Shown: positions 10,201-20,341, counted from the stretch's first letter. The stretch is 64,000 bases of DNA from an uncultured delta proteobacterium (GCA_963816145.1 CAWFJP010000014.1:480001-544000), one strand, 5' to 3'. The notes: generated from the letters alone by a model not told the origin. A program made the numbers and translations.

Positions 10201-10403
10201 AGTTTCGTGATTGCGGCCATTATCAACTCCATCCGAATTGAGCTTGACTCCCTAAAGGACTGTGCGAAAGATAAGTGTGTCATTTCAATCAGCGATGATA
10301 TGCATGATATGGACACTCGCTGAAAGAGGTCGACGTTACTGGTTACAACAGACATAGTGCCACGTTCGCAAACGCGCTCAATCAATAAAGGAGGAGGACT
10401 CCC

Positions 10404-10850
10404 ATGCCTAACCCATTCGTCGTCACGCCCGAAAACGCACCGCACCCATTAACATTAGTGGGCGAAAAAATCACGGTACTTGCTTCCGGGGCGCAAACCG
10501 GCAGCTATGAAATATTCCTGCAAAAAGGACCCGAAAACAGCGGTCCACCGCCGCATAATCATCCTTGGGACGAATCTTTTTATGTCATCAAGGGCGAGAT
10601 TGCGTTCGGCATGGACGGGAGCGAAACGACCGCCTTGCCAGGCACGCTCGTGCATTTGCCTGCAGGGACGACGCACTGGTTCCGCTTCGGCAAAGGCGGC
10701 GGCGAAATGATCTCGATGACTTCGCGCGAAGCGGCCTCGCGCATGTTCACCGAAATCGATCGCGAGATTTCGCCGGATAATCCGGACCTTAGCAAACTTG
10801 CCGAAATCGGTCAGCGGCACGGGTTAGCTGTTGTTGCGCCGACCAAGTGA
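10404..10850 (+). CDS. Cupin domain protein
   Basis: GPPPHNHPWDESFYVIKG...PAGTTHWF; RBS GGAGG. Confidence 0.88.
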   Translation: MPNPFVVTPENAPHPLTLVGEKITVLASGAQTGSYEIFLQKGPENSGPPPHNHPWDESFYVIKGEIAFGMDGSETTALPGTLVHLPAGTTHWFRFGKGGGEMISMTSREAASRMFTEIDREISPDNPDLSKLAEIGQRHGLAVVAPTK

Positions 10851-10930
10851 TCGCAGGTGTCGCTCGAGCTGTTTCGCTTTGAGACGACGCAGTCTAGAAA
10901 GGTTGAAGAAATCTTGAGGGTAGGGTTGCC

Positions 10931-12475
10931 ATGCTAAAACTCCGAATCGTATCTTTCTCTGGGTTGCTTTCCCTAGTTCTGGCGGCTTGCCAATTAGTTA
11001 TCGGAACAATTTCGGTAATGGCTGCCGCGAAGATCGATCAGAAGGTGAGCGCAAATGTCGCCTTGCCCGGCGTGCAGGTAGAGACCCTGAACCCCTACGG
11101 ACACTCGACCACGCAGATTTATCCGACCTGGAAGCATGTGATCGAGCCGTTGATCGAGTGGAACTGGAGCAAAAAACGGATTGTACCGATTCTCGCCGAG
11201 TCGTGGAGCAATCCGGACCCGAACACATGGCTGTTCAAGCTCAAGAAGGGCGTCAAGTTTCACGACGGCAGCGAGTTCACCTCTGCCGATGTCGTGCATT
11301 CGTACACGCGCATTCAGAAGGACCCCGATAGCAAACAGGCGAGCTCCATCGCTCATGTGATCGCCATCGAGGCGGTGGACCCACTTACCGTCCGGTTGCG
11401 CACGAAGAGTCCGGACGCGGCATTACTGTTCCGACTGTCGCAGCGCTTTATCACCAATAAGGCCGCTTATGACCGCTTGGGCGCGGCGGCGGCCGACAAG
11501 CTGGCGCTCGGCACCGGGCCATACAAATTCAAGGAATGGGTGCGCGGCCAGTGGTTCGTCGTCGAGAAGAACCCTGGCTACAGCCATAGTGATCACAAGC
11601 CGACGGTCGACGAAATCGTTTTCCGCAACGTTCCAGAATCTGAAGTGGCGATCACCTCGCTCTTAAACAAGGAAGTGGACATCATCTCCAACGTTCCGCC
11701 GGAGAGCGCACCGCGCGTGACCGGCAGTGCGCGGATCGAGAGCGCGCGCACGATCAACATCATGTTCCTTGGCATGCACAACTCGGTGCCGCAGTTCGGT
11801 AACAAACTTGTCCGTCAGGCGGTCAACTACGCCATTGATCGAAACGCTCTCGCCAAGAATGTGCTTAAGGGCTACGCCTATCCGATGGACGCGCCGGTGG
11901 GCCCGGACCAGTATGGATACAGTCGCGAGATCCGTCCCAAGTATAGTCATGATCCTGAGAGGGCGAAGAAGTTGCTGGCCCAAGCCGGCTACCCCAACGG
12001 CTTTGAAGTCGATTTCCTGGTTCCCGTCGGGCAGTACAACAAGGTCAAGGATGTTGCTGAGGCGATCGGCGGTATGCTCAACCAGGTCGGCATCCGCGCC
12101 AAACTGCACACGCAGGATCAAGACAGCGGCTTTGCCGCCATCCAAAATGGCAAAGTCGGCATGTATATTTTCGGACGCGGCGCGGTGGTCGACCCGAGCG
12201 AATATCTGCATCAGTATTTTCGCACGGGAGTGACCAAGCGGCTGGAATTCTCCAACCCGGCGGTGGACGCCGCTCTTGAAGCGGAACAGGCAAGCTTCGA
12301 TCCGGCCCAGCGCGTGAAGCTTTTGCAGAAGGCGATGTCGGTGCTGATGGATGAAGCGCCGGTGGCTTGGCTTTACCAGTATCAGGGCCTGCAGGGAGTG
12401 AGTAACAAGTTCGACTTCAAGGCGAATCCCGGCGAGGACGTTTATGGCTGGGATCTCAAACCGCGATTACGTTAG
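10931..12475 (+). CDS. ABC transporter solute-binding protein family 5 (peptide/nickel type)
   Basis: Signal peptide; LAESW, GVKFHDG, GTGPYKF, VRQAVNYAIDR, AKKLLAQAGY. Confidence 0.9.
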   Translation: MLKLRIVSFSGLLSLVLAACQLVIGTISVMAAAKIDQKVSANVALPGVQVETLNPYGHSTTQIYPTWKHVIEPLIEWNWSKKRIVPILAESWSNPDPNTWLFKLKKGVKFHDGSEFTSADVVHSYTRIQKDPDSKQASSIAHVIAIEAVDPLTVRLRTKSPDAALLFRLSQRFITNKAAYDRLGAAAADKLALGTGPYKFKEWVRGQWFVVEKNPGYSHSDHKPTVDEIVFRNVPESEVAITSLLNKEVDIISNVPPESAPRVTGSARIESARTINIMFLGMHNSVPQFGNKLVRQAVNYAIDRNALAKNVLKGYAYPMDAPVGPDQYGYSREIRPKYSHDPERAKKLLAQAGYPNGFEVDFLVPVGQYNKVKDVAEAIGGMLNQVGIRAKLHTQDQDSGFAAIQNGKVGMYIFGRGAVVDPSEYLHQYFRTGVTKRLEFSNPAVDAALEAEQASFDPAQRVKLLQKAMSVLMDEAPVAWLYQYQGLQGVSNKFDFKANPGEDVYGWDLKPRLR

Positions 12476-12566
12476 CGCAGAACGGAAAGCGCCGAGTTGC
12501 TCTGACAAAAGTTTTCGAAAGGCCGCCGGCTCTTTGTGGTTTAAGAAATCTTCGACATCCCGAATC

Positions 12567-13025
12567 TCAGCTTTTGAGCGCAAGGACGAGCGTGTATAAA
12601 CTCATGCCAATAACGATCAGCGAACCGATTGTAAAGAATACCGCTCTAAGATCATGGATCTTCGCCGTACCCAAGGCGTAGGCGTGCAGGAGTCGGGAAA
12701 CGACATAGCCGTACATCAAAATTTGCGCAGCCCAAAGCGCCGGCTCGGTCAGCGTAAACAAAAAACCGGCGACCAGAAAGATCGGAATGTTTTCCATATC
12801 GTTACGCTGCATGCTGCGTGAGCGCTCGACGACGGGGTTGGGTTTCAGTTGGTCTGGATTGGGATTGGGGTTCAGGGGTGTTTTCTTGATGTCTTCGGGA
12901 TGCAAGAAGCCGCCGTCAACCTTGATCATGCGATAGACGGTTAGCCACGCTTGCAGCATCATCTTCAGGCACATCAACGACGCCGCGATCAGGTAAGTTT
13001 GCCAAACCGGATCTTTGAGATTCAT
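12567..13025 (-). CDS. MAPEG family membrane protein
   Basis: VERSRSMQRNDMENIPIF, SRLLH; four hydrophobic segments. Confidence 0.85.
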   Translation of the reverse strand: MNLKDPVWQTYLIAASLMCLKMMLQAWLTVYRMIKVDGGFLHPEDIKKTPLNPNPNPDQLKPNPVVERSRSMQRNDMENIPIFLVAGFLFTLTEPALWAAQILMYGYVVSRLLHAYALGTAKIHDLRAVFFTIGSLIVIGMSLYTLVLALKS

Positions 13026-13111
13026 CGAAGTCCTTGTTCCAAGTCGGCGGTTAGGCGCAAACCGACATATTTTACAATTGGCTACAACAAAACGTCCGTG
13101 AGTCAGGTTTT

Positions 13112-14173
13112 CTACGCCGCTTCTTCTCTGAACAAACCCAAGCTTTCCAGCACCGGTCGGTCGGTCACCGAGAAGACGATCGCCGGCTCCTTTGCTGATT
13201 TGTTGTCGAACGAGTGCCAGTTCCAGGACGGCACGAAGAAGCAATCGTGGGCGCCCCAGGTGAGCTGCTTGCCGTCACCTTTTTTCTGACCGACGGTGGT
13301 GACGCCGCTGCCCTGGACGACGTGGTAGATGGTGCTGCTGGTGTGGCGGTGAGGTTTAGTCGATTCGCCCGGCGGAATCATTTGCACCCAGCAGCCGATG
13401 GTCGGCATGGTTGGGCCGCCGGTGATCGGGTGGGAGTACTCTAACAGCACGCCGTCATGGGTATCGCGATGGCCGGACGCGCAGATTTCCTTCAACGCTC
13501 GCTCGGCGTCGCGCCATTTGTAGTTATAGGGCAGTGCGGCGTGGCTGGAGTTGGTCATGCGCGGCCGAATCGCACCATATTGCTGTTTGCCGTAGCCGTC
13601 GGGCCTGACGATGGGCTGGGCCGGTCCTTCGGCAAAGTTTTCGTGAAAGGTCGCGTCGAGATGATTGGTCAGGTGCGCATCGAGGACGTCGAGCCAGACC
13701 AAGTTTTTCTTGCCCGCATTGAAATGATCATGCCAGGTCCAGTTGGGCGTGAGCACGAGATCGCCGGGTTCCATGAGCATCTGCTCGCCTTCGACGTTGG
13801 TGTAGCCGGTGCCGTCGGCTTCGACGACGAAGCGCAGCGCCGCTGCAGTGTGGCGGTGACACTCGGCGCGCTCGCCGGGTTTCACTAGCTGAATCGACAT
13901 TTGTAGCGTGCGTGTGGTAGCTTTCTTATTGGTCAGCGCCGGGTTGACGAGTTGTACGGTCCGCCTTTTGGCGGCGTCGTCGATGCCGCCAAGTTTGATC
14001 ACTTCGCCGGACTCCATCAGACAAGAATAGATTACCGACCAGGGCCACAAGTGGGGCACCAACTCGGTATTCTTCTCGCGCGGCTGCCAGTGCCCCCCCA
14101 GGGAATGCTCCGCCAAGCGATTATGTAGTGAGATGACTTCCGGTGTTTCCGGGACGGCATGTGCGTCGGCCAT
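13112..14173 (-). CDS. Gentisate 1,2-dioxygenase-like bicupin
   Basis: HRHTAAALRF, GDLVLTPNWTWHDH, LEYSHPITGG, HRHTSS, TDRPVLESLGL. Confidence 0.88.
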   Translation of the reverse strand: MADAHAVPETPEVISLHNRLAEHSLGGHWQPREKNTELVPHLWPWSVIYSCLMESGEVIKLGGIDDAAKRRTVQLVNPALTNKKATTRTLQMSIQLVKPGERAECHRHTAAALRFVVEADGTGYTNVEGEQMLMEPGDLVLTPNWTWHDHFNAGKKNLVWLDVLDAHLTNHLDATFHENFAEGPAQPIVRPDGYGKQQYGAIRPRMTNSSHAALPYNYKWRDAERALKEICASGHRDTHDGVLLEYSHPITGGPTMPTIGCWVQMIPPGESTKPHRHTSSTIYHVVQGSGVTTVGQKKGDGKQLTWGAHDCFFVPSWNWHSFDNKSAKEPAIVFSVTDRPVLESLGLFREEAA

Positions 14174-14303
14174 GATTTTCTCCTCTTGCGCTTTTGACTG
14201 CCAATCTATCGTTAGATTGAGCGAGGTGTCAACGCGCGATTGCGGGAGAATGGCGATACGTAGGAGTCTTTCCCGCAAAGCCGCAAAGAACGCCAAGTTC
14301 GGG

Positions 14304-14500
14304 AACTAAATGACCCTCGGCTTCAAGCCACGGGGCTCCGAATTCATCGACTGGAACTCGACTCTTCATTTCATCATTCCGGCGCAAGCCGGAATCCGGT
14401 CTTTAGTCAACAAACCGAAATTGAACCTGGATGCCGGCTTTCGCCGGCATGACAAATCTTCTCTCCGGCTCAAGGCGAGGGATTTCAATCATCCCCGAAA
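14304..14500 (-). mobile_element. Composite palindromic element, copy 2 (nested in a nonamer-array hairpin 14270-14570)
   Basis: Reverse complement of the 48963-49166 copy including both terminal hairpins. Confidence 0.8.
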
Positions 14501-14624
14501 CGAACATTCAGGCTTTTTCTTGGCGTTCATTGCGCCCCTTCGATTGGACTCAGGGCATGCTTTGCGGGAGGAATATCTGTCCGAGGTCCTTGAGTCCGAG
14601 ATCTGTAGTGGTTCTGTTAGATCG

Positions 14625-14693
14625 AGATCTCTCACTTCGTTCGAGATGACAAATCGACTATTCTGCTGTCATTTCGAGCGAAGCGAGAAATCT
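14625..14693. repeat. REP-like inverted pair (TGTCATTTCGAGCGAAGCGAGAAATCT family)
   Basis: Inverted pair here and at 62667-62746; single units near 19492, 46747, 47409, 58426. Confidence 0.8.
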
Positions 14694-14828
14694 TTCTCAG
14701 GATGAAGACGTGTGCCCGACTCAAACTGAATCACTACCCTATCACTACCCTGAGATTAGTTGGTTTGACACCTGATGGGCCATCGGTTACGGTTTTTTGA
14801 TATCAATTTTTGAGAGTGAAATTAGCGA

Positions 14829-15722
14829 ATGTCCACTGAGCCATCAGCCTCGCAGTACCGGATTGAAGAGTATGTTGTCAGGGAGGAGCCATTTTACGTG
14901 GCCAGCTCCGATGAAGTGCAAATCTTCGAAGCGGCTTACCGCCAGCGCGTGCCGGTTTTATTGAAAGGCCCCACCGGCACCGGCAAGACCCGTTTCGTCG
15001 AGTACATGGCGTGGAAGCTGGGCCAGCCGCTCTCCATCGTCAAAGACGCCGCCAAAAGCGTTAAGAATGGCAACGCTGCCAACGGCGCAGTTCCGCTGGT
15101 CACGGTGGCTTGTCATGAAGATTTGACCGCCAGCGATCTGGTCGGGCGCTATCTGCTCGATGCCGCGGGCACGCGCTGGATCGACGGACCGTTGACGCGG
15201 GCGGTGCGGGTCGGCGGAATCTGCTATCTCGACGAAGTGGTCGAGGCGCGCAAAGACACCACGGTGATCATTCATCCGCTTACCGATCATCGGCGCCTGT
15301 TGACCATCGATAAGCTCGGCGAAGTCATCGAAGCGGCCGACAGTTTCTTGCTGGTGGTGTCGTACAACCCGGGCTATCAGAATGTGCTCAAGGATCTCAA
15401 GCATAGCACGCGCCAGCGATTCGTCGCTTTGGACTTTCAGTTCCCGGATACCGAGCGCGAGGCGAGAATCATCGAGCATGAATCCGGCGTCGACGAGCAG
15501 AACGCGCTGCAGCTGGCCAAGCTCGGCCACAAGGTGCGCAACTTGCGCGAACATGGTTTGAAAGAGGGCGCGAGCACGCGCGTGCTGATCTATGCCGGCC
15601 GCTTGATCAAGGAAGGCATCGCGCCGCGCCGCGCCTGCCAGGTGGCGGTCACCTGGGGCATCACCGACGACCCGCAAGTGCAACGGAGCCTGGAGGAAGT
15701 CGTTACTGCAATCTTTCCGTAA
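14829..15722 (+). CDS. CbbQ/NirQ/NorQ family MoxR-type AAA+ ATPase
   Basis: GPTGTGKTRF, CHEDLTASDLVGR, YLDEVVEARKD, SYNPGYQ, STRQRF, STRVLIY. Confidence 0.93.
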   Translation: MSTEPSASQYRIEEYVVREEPFYVASSDEVQIFEAAYRQRVPVLLKGPTGTGKTRFVEYMAWKLGQPLSIVKDAAKSVKNGNAANGAVPLVTVACHEDLTASDLVGRYLLDAAGTRWIDGPLTRAVRVGGICYLDEVVEARKDTTVIIHPLTDHRRLLTIDKLGEVIEAADSFLLVVSYNPGYQNVLKDLKHSTRQRFVALDFQFPDTEREARIIEHESGVDEQNALQLAKLGHKVRNLREHGLKEGASTRVLIYAGRLIKEGIAPRRACQVAVTWGITDDPQVQRSLEEVVTAIFP

Positions 15723-15731
15723 GAAGAAGTG

Positions 15732-15907
15732 AACCACAAAGAGCACAAAGGTCACAAAAATAAGAACTGCGTTCCGCAGGTTATATTATTTTCAAAGATA
15801 CGAAAGTAAGTACGGTCGATCACGATACACACGAAGATTGCGAAGAATGAGTATCGGGGCGGGTTGAGAACCCGCCCGACTTTGTGAACTTTGTGCCCTT
15901 TGTGGTT
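15732..15907. repeat. Nonamer-array hairpin (CACAAAG variant) with GGGCGGG..CCCGCCC REP in its loop
   Basis: aaccacaaagagcacaaaggtcacaaa ... tttgtgaactttgtgccctttgtggtt; REP-like unit 15855-15880. Confidence 0.75.
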
Positions 15908-15917
15908 AAATCTCCCC

Positions 15918-18131
15918 ATGTCTTCCCCGAATCCTTCTGCTGTTGAGCTGGCGCCGATCCGCGAGATGTTGGGGTTCTATTGTCATGCGTTGACCGAACG
16001 ACGCGTCGAGCTGCAGGATTTGAAGCAGCTGGTCGATAAGAACATTGGCTGGTCAAAAAACGACGTGGCTACGAGCGACGGGGCGGCAATCTTTTTGCCG
16101 TCAGTGGTCGAGCGTTTTGCGGTGCGGGCTGACAATTACGATTTTCTCAAAGTCATGCTCACCCAGCAGGCCGGCCATCTCGAGTTTGGCAGCTTCGAGT
16201 TCGAGTTCGACCGGGCGTCGACACGGTTCACCGATCTGCGGGCGAAGTTTACCGCCCCGCCAGAATATCATGACCACGATCACGGCCATGAAGGCCATCA
16301 CGAGCAGGCCGCGGTCACCGAGCTGACGAAGTTTTTCAAACTCTTTCCCAACAAGCGTCTGGCGCTGGACATCTTCGCCATCGTCGAAAGCGCCCGCGTC
16401 GAAGCGCGTATCATGCAGCAGTACCGCGGCATCGCCGTCGCTTATAGCGCGATGCGCCAGCGCACGCTGACGTTGCGCCAGGAGTCGATCTTTCTTCCCG
16501 CCCGCGAAGCGCTGCTGGAATTCATGGTGCGGCTCAGTCTTGGCCTGACCGATGGCATTAAAGTCCCTAAGCAGCAGGCGAAAGTCGCCCGCGATATCCG
16601 CGCGATGATGCAACTGGTCAGCGGCGCGGGCGCCACGGTCGAAGACGCCGCTGAGGCGACATTGCGCATTTATGCGCGCTTGGCGCGGGTCAAGAACGAC
16701 TATCTGGAGGAAGAGCAATTCATCGTTCTGAACTCCGAAGTAGCGAGTTCAAGCCGGCGAATTGGTTCTAAACGTTCCAAGGCTTCCAGTGGTTCCAAGG
16801 TTTGGCGAGATGAAGACGAGTACCGTGCGCTGCCTGAACTAGTTGGTCGTGAGCGCGAGTATCTGGCGCCGCAGGGGGTCGATTATCGCGGCGACTTTCG
16901 GCCTGAGCTGGCGCAGTTGCTCAACAAAGCGCAGGCTAACTCGCGTGAGCAGCGCAAATCGCTGACACCGGAAGAGCTGGCAGATCTCTTGCGCAGCCAG
17001 CGTACGCCGAAGCCGCGCAACGGCGAGGATGACGGCGACGAGCAGGATCCGCAGACCAGCCAGATGGTGCAAAACTTGATGAAGGAGCTCGACCAGCGCG
17101 ATCCGCGCATGCAGAGCGTGACGCGCCGGCCGTCGCCGAACAATGACGATGACTCGGGACCTCTGTCAGCGAACCAGCCCAATACTTTTATTTACGACGA
17201 ATGGGACGCCGCGGCGCATAAATATCGCGAGCGCTGGTGTAAGGTTTACGAAAAAAATCTTGGCAGCGGCGATCTGACGTTTTACCGCGAGACTTTGCTG
17301 AGCCATGCCGGTTTGTTGCAACAGATACGGCGCGAATTCGAGCAGGTGGTGCCGGAGCTTTATCACAAGGAAAAGCGCTTGCCGGAAGGGTCTGACCACG
17401 ACCTCGATCTGGCGATCGAGGCACTGACCGATTTTCGCATCGGCATTAGTCCTTCAGAGAAAATATTTTGGCGCCATCATAAGATCGACCGCGACGTCGC
17501 GGTGGCTTTTTTGCTCGACATGAGCGGCTCCACCGGCGAGGCGATCAAGACCGTGAATGAGAAACCGTTGGGCGGCAGCGCACCCGGCTTAGAGCGTTCA
17601 CAGCGGCGCATCATCGACGTTGAAAAAGAAGCCATCGTTCTAATGATGGACTCTCTCGAAGCGATCGGCGACCGCTACGGCGTTTACGGTTTTTCCGGCC
17701 ATGGCCGCGACAATGTCGAGTTTTACGTGATCAAGGATTTAGAAGAAGCGTTTTCGCTCGACATCGCCAAACGCTTTGGCCGCATCGGCCCGCTCCACGC
17801 CACGCGCATGGGACCGGCGATCCGCCATACGACGGCAAAGCTGCGCACGCAGCAGACTCACTCGAAATTCCTGTTTCTGATCAGCGACGGCCGGCCGCAG
17901 GACCGCGGTTATTCGCAGGAAGGCGCGGAGAAGGCCCACGCGGTGCAGGATACCCGCATGGCGATGATCGAGGCACGGCGCGAGGGTATTCATCCATTTT
18001 GTTTGACGGTGGACAAGGAAGGCAACGATTACCTGCGAACCATGATGGATGATTTTAGTTACGAAGTTTTGGCCGACGTCAGTTTATTGCCGCGGCGGTT
18101 GCCGCAGTTGTATAAAAAGCTCACGACTTAA
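15918..18131 (+). CDS. CbbO/NorD-like VWA domain adaptor protein
   Basis: YDEWD, MIDAS LLDMSGST, GFSGHGR, TRMGPAIRH, LISDGRPQD, LPQLY; directly downstream of the CbbQ-like ATPase. Confidence 0.9.
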   Translation: MSSPNPSAVELAPIREMLGFYCHALTERRVELQDLKQLVDKNIGWSKNDVATSDGAAIFLPSVVERFAVRADNYDFLKVMLTQQAGHLEFGSFEFEFDRASTRFTDLRAKFTAPPEYHDHDHGHEGHHEQAAVTELTKFFKLFPNKRLALDIFAIVESARVEARIMQQYRGIAVAYSAMRQRTLTLRQESIFLPAREALLEFMVRLSLGLTDGIKVPKQQAKVARDIRAMMQLVSGAGATVEDAAEATLRIYARLARVKNDYLEEEQFIVLNSEVASSSRRIGSKRSKASSGSKVWRDEDEYRALPELVGREREYLAPQGVDYRGDFRPELAQLLNKAQANSREQRKSLTPEELADLLRSQRTPKPRNGEDDGDEQDPQTSQMVQNLMKELDQRDPRMQSVTRRPSPNNDDDSGPLSANQPNTFIYDEWDAAAHKYRERWCKVYEKNLGSGDLTFYRETLLSHAGLLQQIRREFEQVVPELYHKEKRLPEGSDHDLDLAIEALTDFRIGISPSEKIFWRHHKIDRDVAVAFLLDMSGSTGEAIKTVNEKPLGGSAPGLERSQRRIIDVEKEAIVLMMDSLEAIGDRYGVYGFSGHGRDNVEFYVIKDLEEAFSLDIAKRFGRIGPLHATRMGPAIRHTTAKLRTQQTHSKFLFLISDGRPQDRGYSQEGAEKAHAVQDTRMAMIEARREGIHPFCLTVDKEGNDYLRTMMDDFSYEVLADVSLLPRRLPQLYKKLTT

Positions 18132-18194
18132 AATTTAGCACGTTCAAAACGTTCAAACGGTTCGAGCCGTTCAAATCGTCGCGGATTCGGAGAA

Positions 18195-19346
18195 GTGAAA
18201 GAAGTGGCAATACAGTACAAGATTATTTCCGGAGATTCGCATTTGGATTTGCCGCCGGACCGGTGGACGCACCGGGTTCCGGCAAAATGGAAAGACCGTG
18301 CACCGCGGCGGGTGAAGTTGCCTAGCGGCGAAGAGGCGATCGCCATGGAGGGGCGGCCCATAGCGCCCATCGGCCTAACGCGCAGCGTCGGGGTGCCCCA
18401 TGACCAGCTGCACCTTCAGGTGCCGACCTTTGACAACAGCGCCGGCACGGGACAGCCGGAGCAGCGCTTGCGCGAGCAGGATCAGGACGGCATCGACGCC
18501 GAGATTCTGTTTTCGCGCATTGCGATCATCCGCGGCATCCAGGAAGACGAGGGCTATGTCGCGCTCAATCATGCATACAACGAATACCTCGCCGAGGAAT
18601 ATGCCAAGGTTGCGCCGGAGCGGCTTTTCCCCATGGGGATTATTCCGATCACCGGCATAGACGACGCAGTGAAAGAGTTGGAATACTGCGCCAAAGCGGG
18701 TCTGAGAGGCGTGCAGCTCGATATGTTCCCTAACGGCAAACAATTTCCGACGGCGGCGGACGACCGTTTCTGGGCCGCAGCGCTCGATCACAATATCGCC
18801 ATCGCGTCACACACGCGCGCGGGCACGACACGTTTCGCTGACAAAGGACCGTTCTTCCAATATCCGAAGGGCGGATACAAAGGCGATCCCATCGAACAAA
18901 TATTTCGCTTCTGCGGCGACGCCGCCTTCGCTGTTTTGCAGATGGCCTTCGCCGGTGTTTACGACCGCTTTCCGCAATTACAACTCTACTGGGCCGAGAC
19001 GCAGATCGGCTGGTTGCCCTACGCGCTCTGGCAGGTCGACGATCACTACGAACGCTATCGCCACTTGGCGAAGGGGATGTTCGGCCTCGACTTTCTCAAA
19101 AGCAAGCCAAGTGAGTATATCCGCGAGCATTCGCTCTGGGGTTTTCTTTACGACAAAGTCGGGGTCGGCACGCGGCAAGCGATCGGCAGCGACAAAGTGA
19201 TCTGGGGCAGCGACTTCGCTCATGCGGCGAGCGACTGGCCCAACTCGAAAAAGACTATCGCCGACAGTTTCGCCGGTGTGCCAGAAGATGAGAGTTACGC
19301 GATGCTAGCGGGTAATGTTATCCGATTTTTTCATTTGAACGGGTAA
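18195..19346 (+). CDS. Amidohydrolase_2 family protein
   Basis: ISGDSH, DGIDAEILF, WAETQIGW, WGSDFAH. Confidence 0.9.
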   Translation: MKEVAIQYKIISGDSHLDLPPDRWTHRVPAKWKDRAPRRVKLPSGEEAIAMEGRPIAPIGLTRSVGVPHDQLHLQVPTFDNSAGTGQPEQRLREQDQDGIDAEILFSRIAIIRGIQEDEGYVALNHAYNEYLAEEYAKVAPERLFPMGIIPITGIDDAVKELEYCAKAGLRGVQLDMFPNGKQFPTAADDRFWAAALDHNIAIASHTRAGTTRFADKGPFFQYPKGGYKGDPIEQIFRFCGDAAFAVLQMAFAGVYDRFPQLQLYWAETQIGWLPYALWQVDDHYERYRHLAKGMFGLDFLKSKPSEYIREHSLWGFLYDKVGVGTRQAIGSDKVIWGSDFAHAASDWPNSKKTIADSFAGVPEDESYAMLAGNVIRFFHLNG

Positions 19347-19598
19347 TCGGAAATCTCGCCACAGAGGGCACCGGGATCACAGAGTAGAAGAATAAGATTC
19401 AAATGGGTGACCGCAAAGGATACAAAAGCGCAAGAACAGTTCGGACGCGTAGGGGGCGGGTGTTAAACCCGCCCGTCGATAGTCAGAGAGGTGTCATTTC
19501 GACCACAGGGAGAAATCTATTTCAAACCTTACCGAGTAGGGCGTTGCGGGCAATTAATTTCAAATCGATCGGGCGCGATTCGTCAGTTAAAGTTTTTG

Positions 19599-19862
19599 TC
19601 AGCTTCGCTTGCTGAGCGCCATCGCAGCGATGATGAAGTCTAGAAGCGCTGTGCCCAAGAACCCAATGATGGTCTGCAACGCCAAATATTTTTCGGTGTA
19701 GATATACACCGCAATATTTGCGATCCCGAACAAGGTCCAAGTCATGGGACTCACGCCTCGAACGCTGTTGCTGCGCAGGATGGCGATGAGCTGGATCAGT
19801 GTTGCGGCAGGGAAGATGATCGCTGGGAGCCAGCCGGCGATGTTGATGACGTGGGGGTTCAT
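19599..19862 (-). CDS. Small PQ-loop/SemiSWEET-like membrane protein
   Basis: 87 aa, three hydrophobic helices, IQL...RGVSPMTW pattern. Confidence 0.6.
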   Translation of the reverse strand: MNPHVINIAGWLPAIIFPAATLIQLIAILRSNSVRGVSPMTWTLFGIANIAVYIYTEKYLALQTIIGFLGTALLDFIIAAMALSKRS

Positions 19863-19954
19863 TCCCTCATTTCATAGTTTCCAGACTCGCAGCCCTGTTC
19901 GAGATCGGCAATCGTGGCGGGGGGGACCTCTTGGTCTACAGGGGGCCTTCAAGG

Positions 19955-20341
19955 TTACGATATCGGAGTTACGTGGTTTCTTAACCAAGTTGTGAACTCA
20001 TCGCGTTTCATCAGCCCCGATGCGACCAACAGAATTATTTGCTCTTGTTCGTCGACGGATGCGTCAATCTCGCACCCGTTGATGACCAGAAATGTTTCCA
20101 GTGCCGCGTGTCCAATGCGTTTGTTGCCGTCGACGAAGGGATGATTCTGTATGAGCGAGAATCCCAGAGCCGACGCCTTTTCGGTAACTGTCGGGTATAA
20201 GTCTTCGCCGCCGAATGTTGCTCGAGGCTGAGCTAGCGACGACTCTAGAGCATGAAGATCTCGTATGCCGAAGCTTCCACCGCTTTGACGAATAATCTTA
20301 CGGTAGATTTCGAGTGCTTCATTGAGACTGAGGTAACGCAC
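19955..20341 (-). CDS. Doc/Fic family type II toxin
   Basis: GIRD, HPFVDGNKRIG Fic motif; start overlaps the upstream antitoxin stop. Confidence 0.9.
   Translation of the reverse strand: MRYLSLNEALEIYRKIIRQSGGSFGIRDLHALESSLAQPRATFGGEDLYPTVTEKASALGFSLIQNHPFVDGNKRIGHAALETFLVINGCEIDASVDEQEQIILLVASGLMKRDEFTTWLRNHVTPIS

Noticed and set aside
9937-10323. ORFs overlapping repeat elements (also 14310-14705, 48869-49231, 58065-58307, 6002-6334)
   Set aside because: They are translations of palindromic repeats (e.g. VMPAKAGIH) or overlap real genes, with no domain signal.
14829-18131. Evidence for carbon fixation or denitrification from the cbbQ/norQ-like pair
   Set aside because: No Rubisco or NO reductase genes in the window; family membership alone does not define the client.
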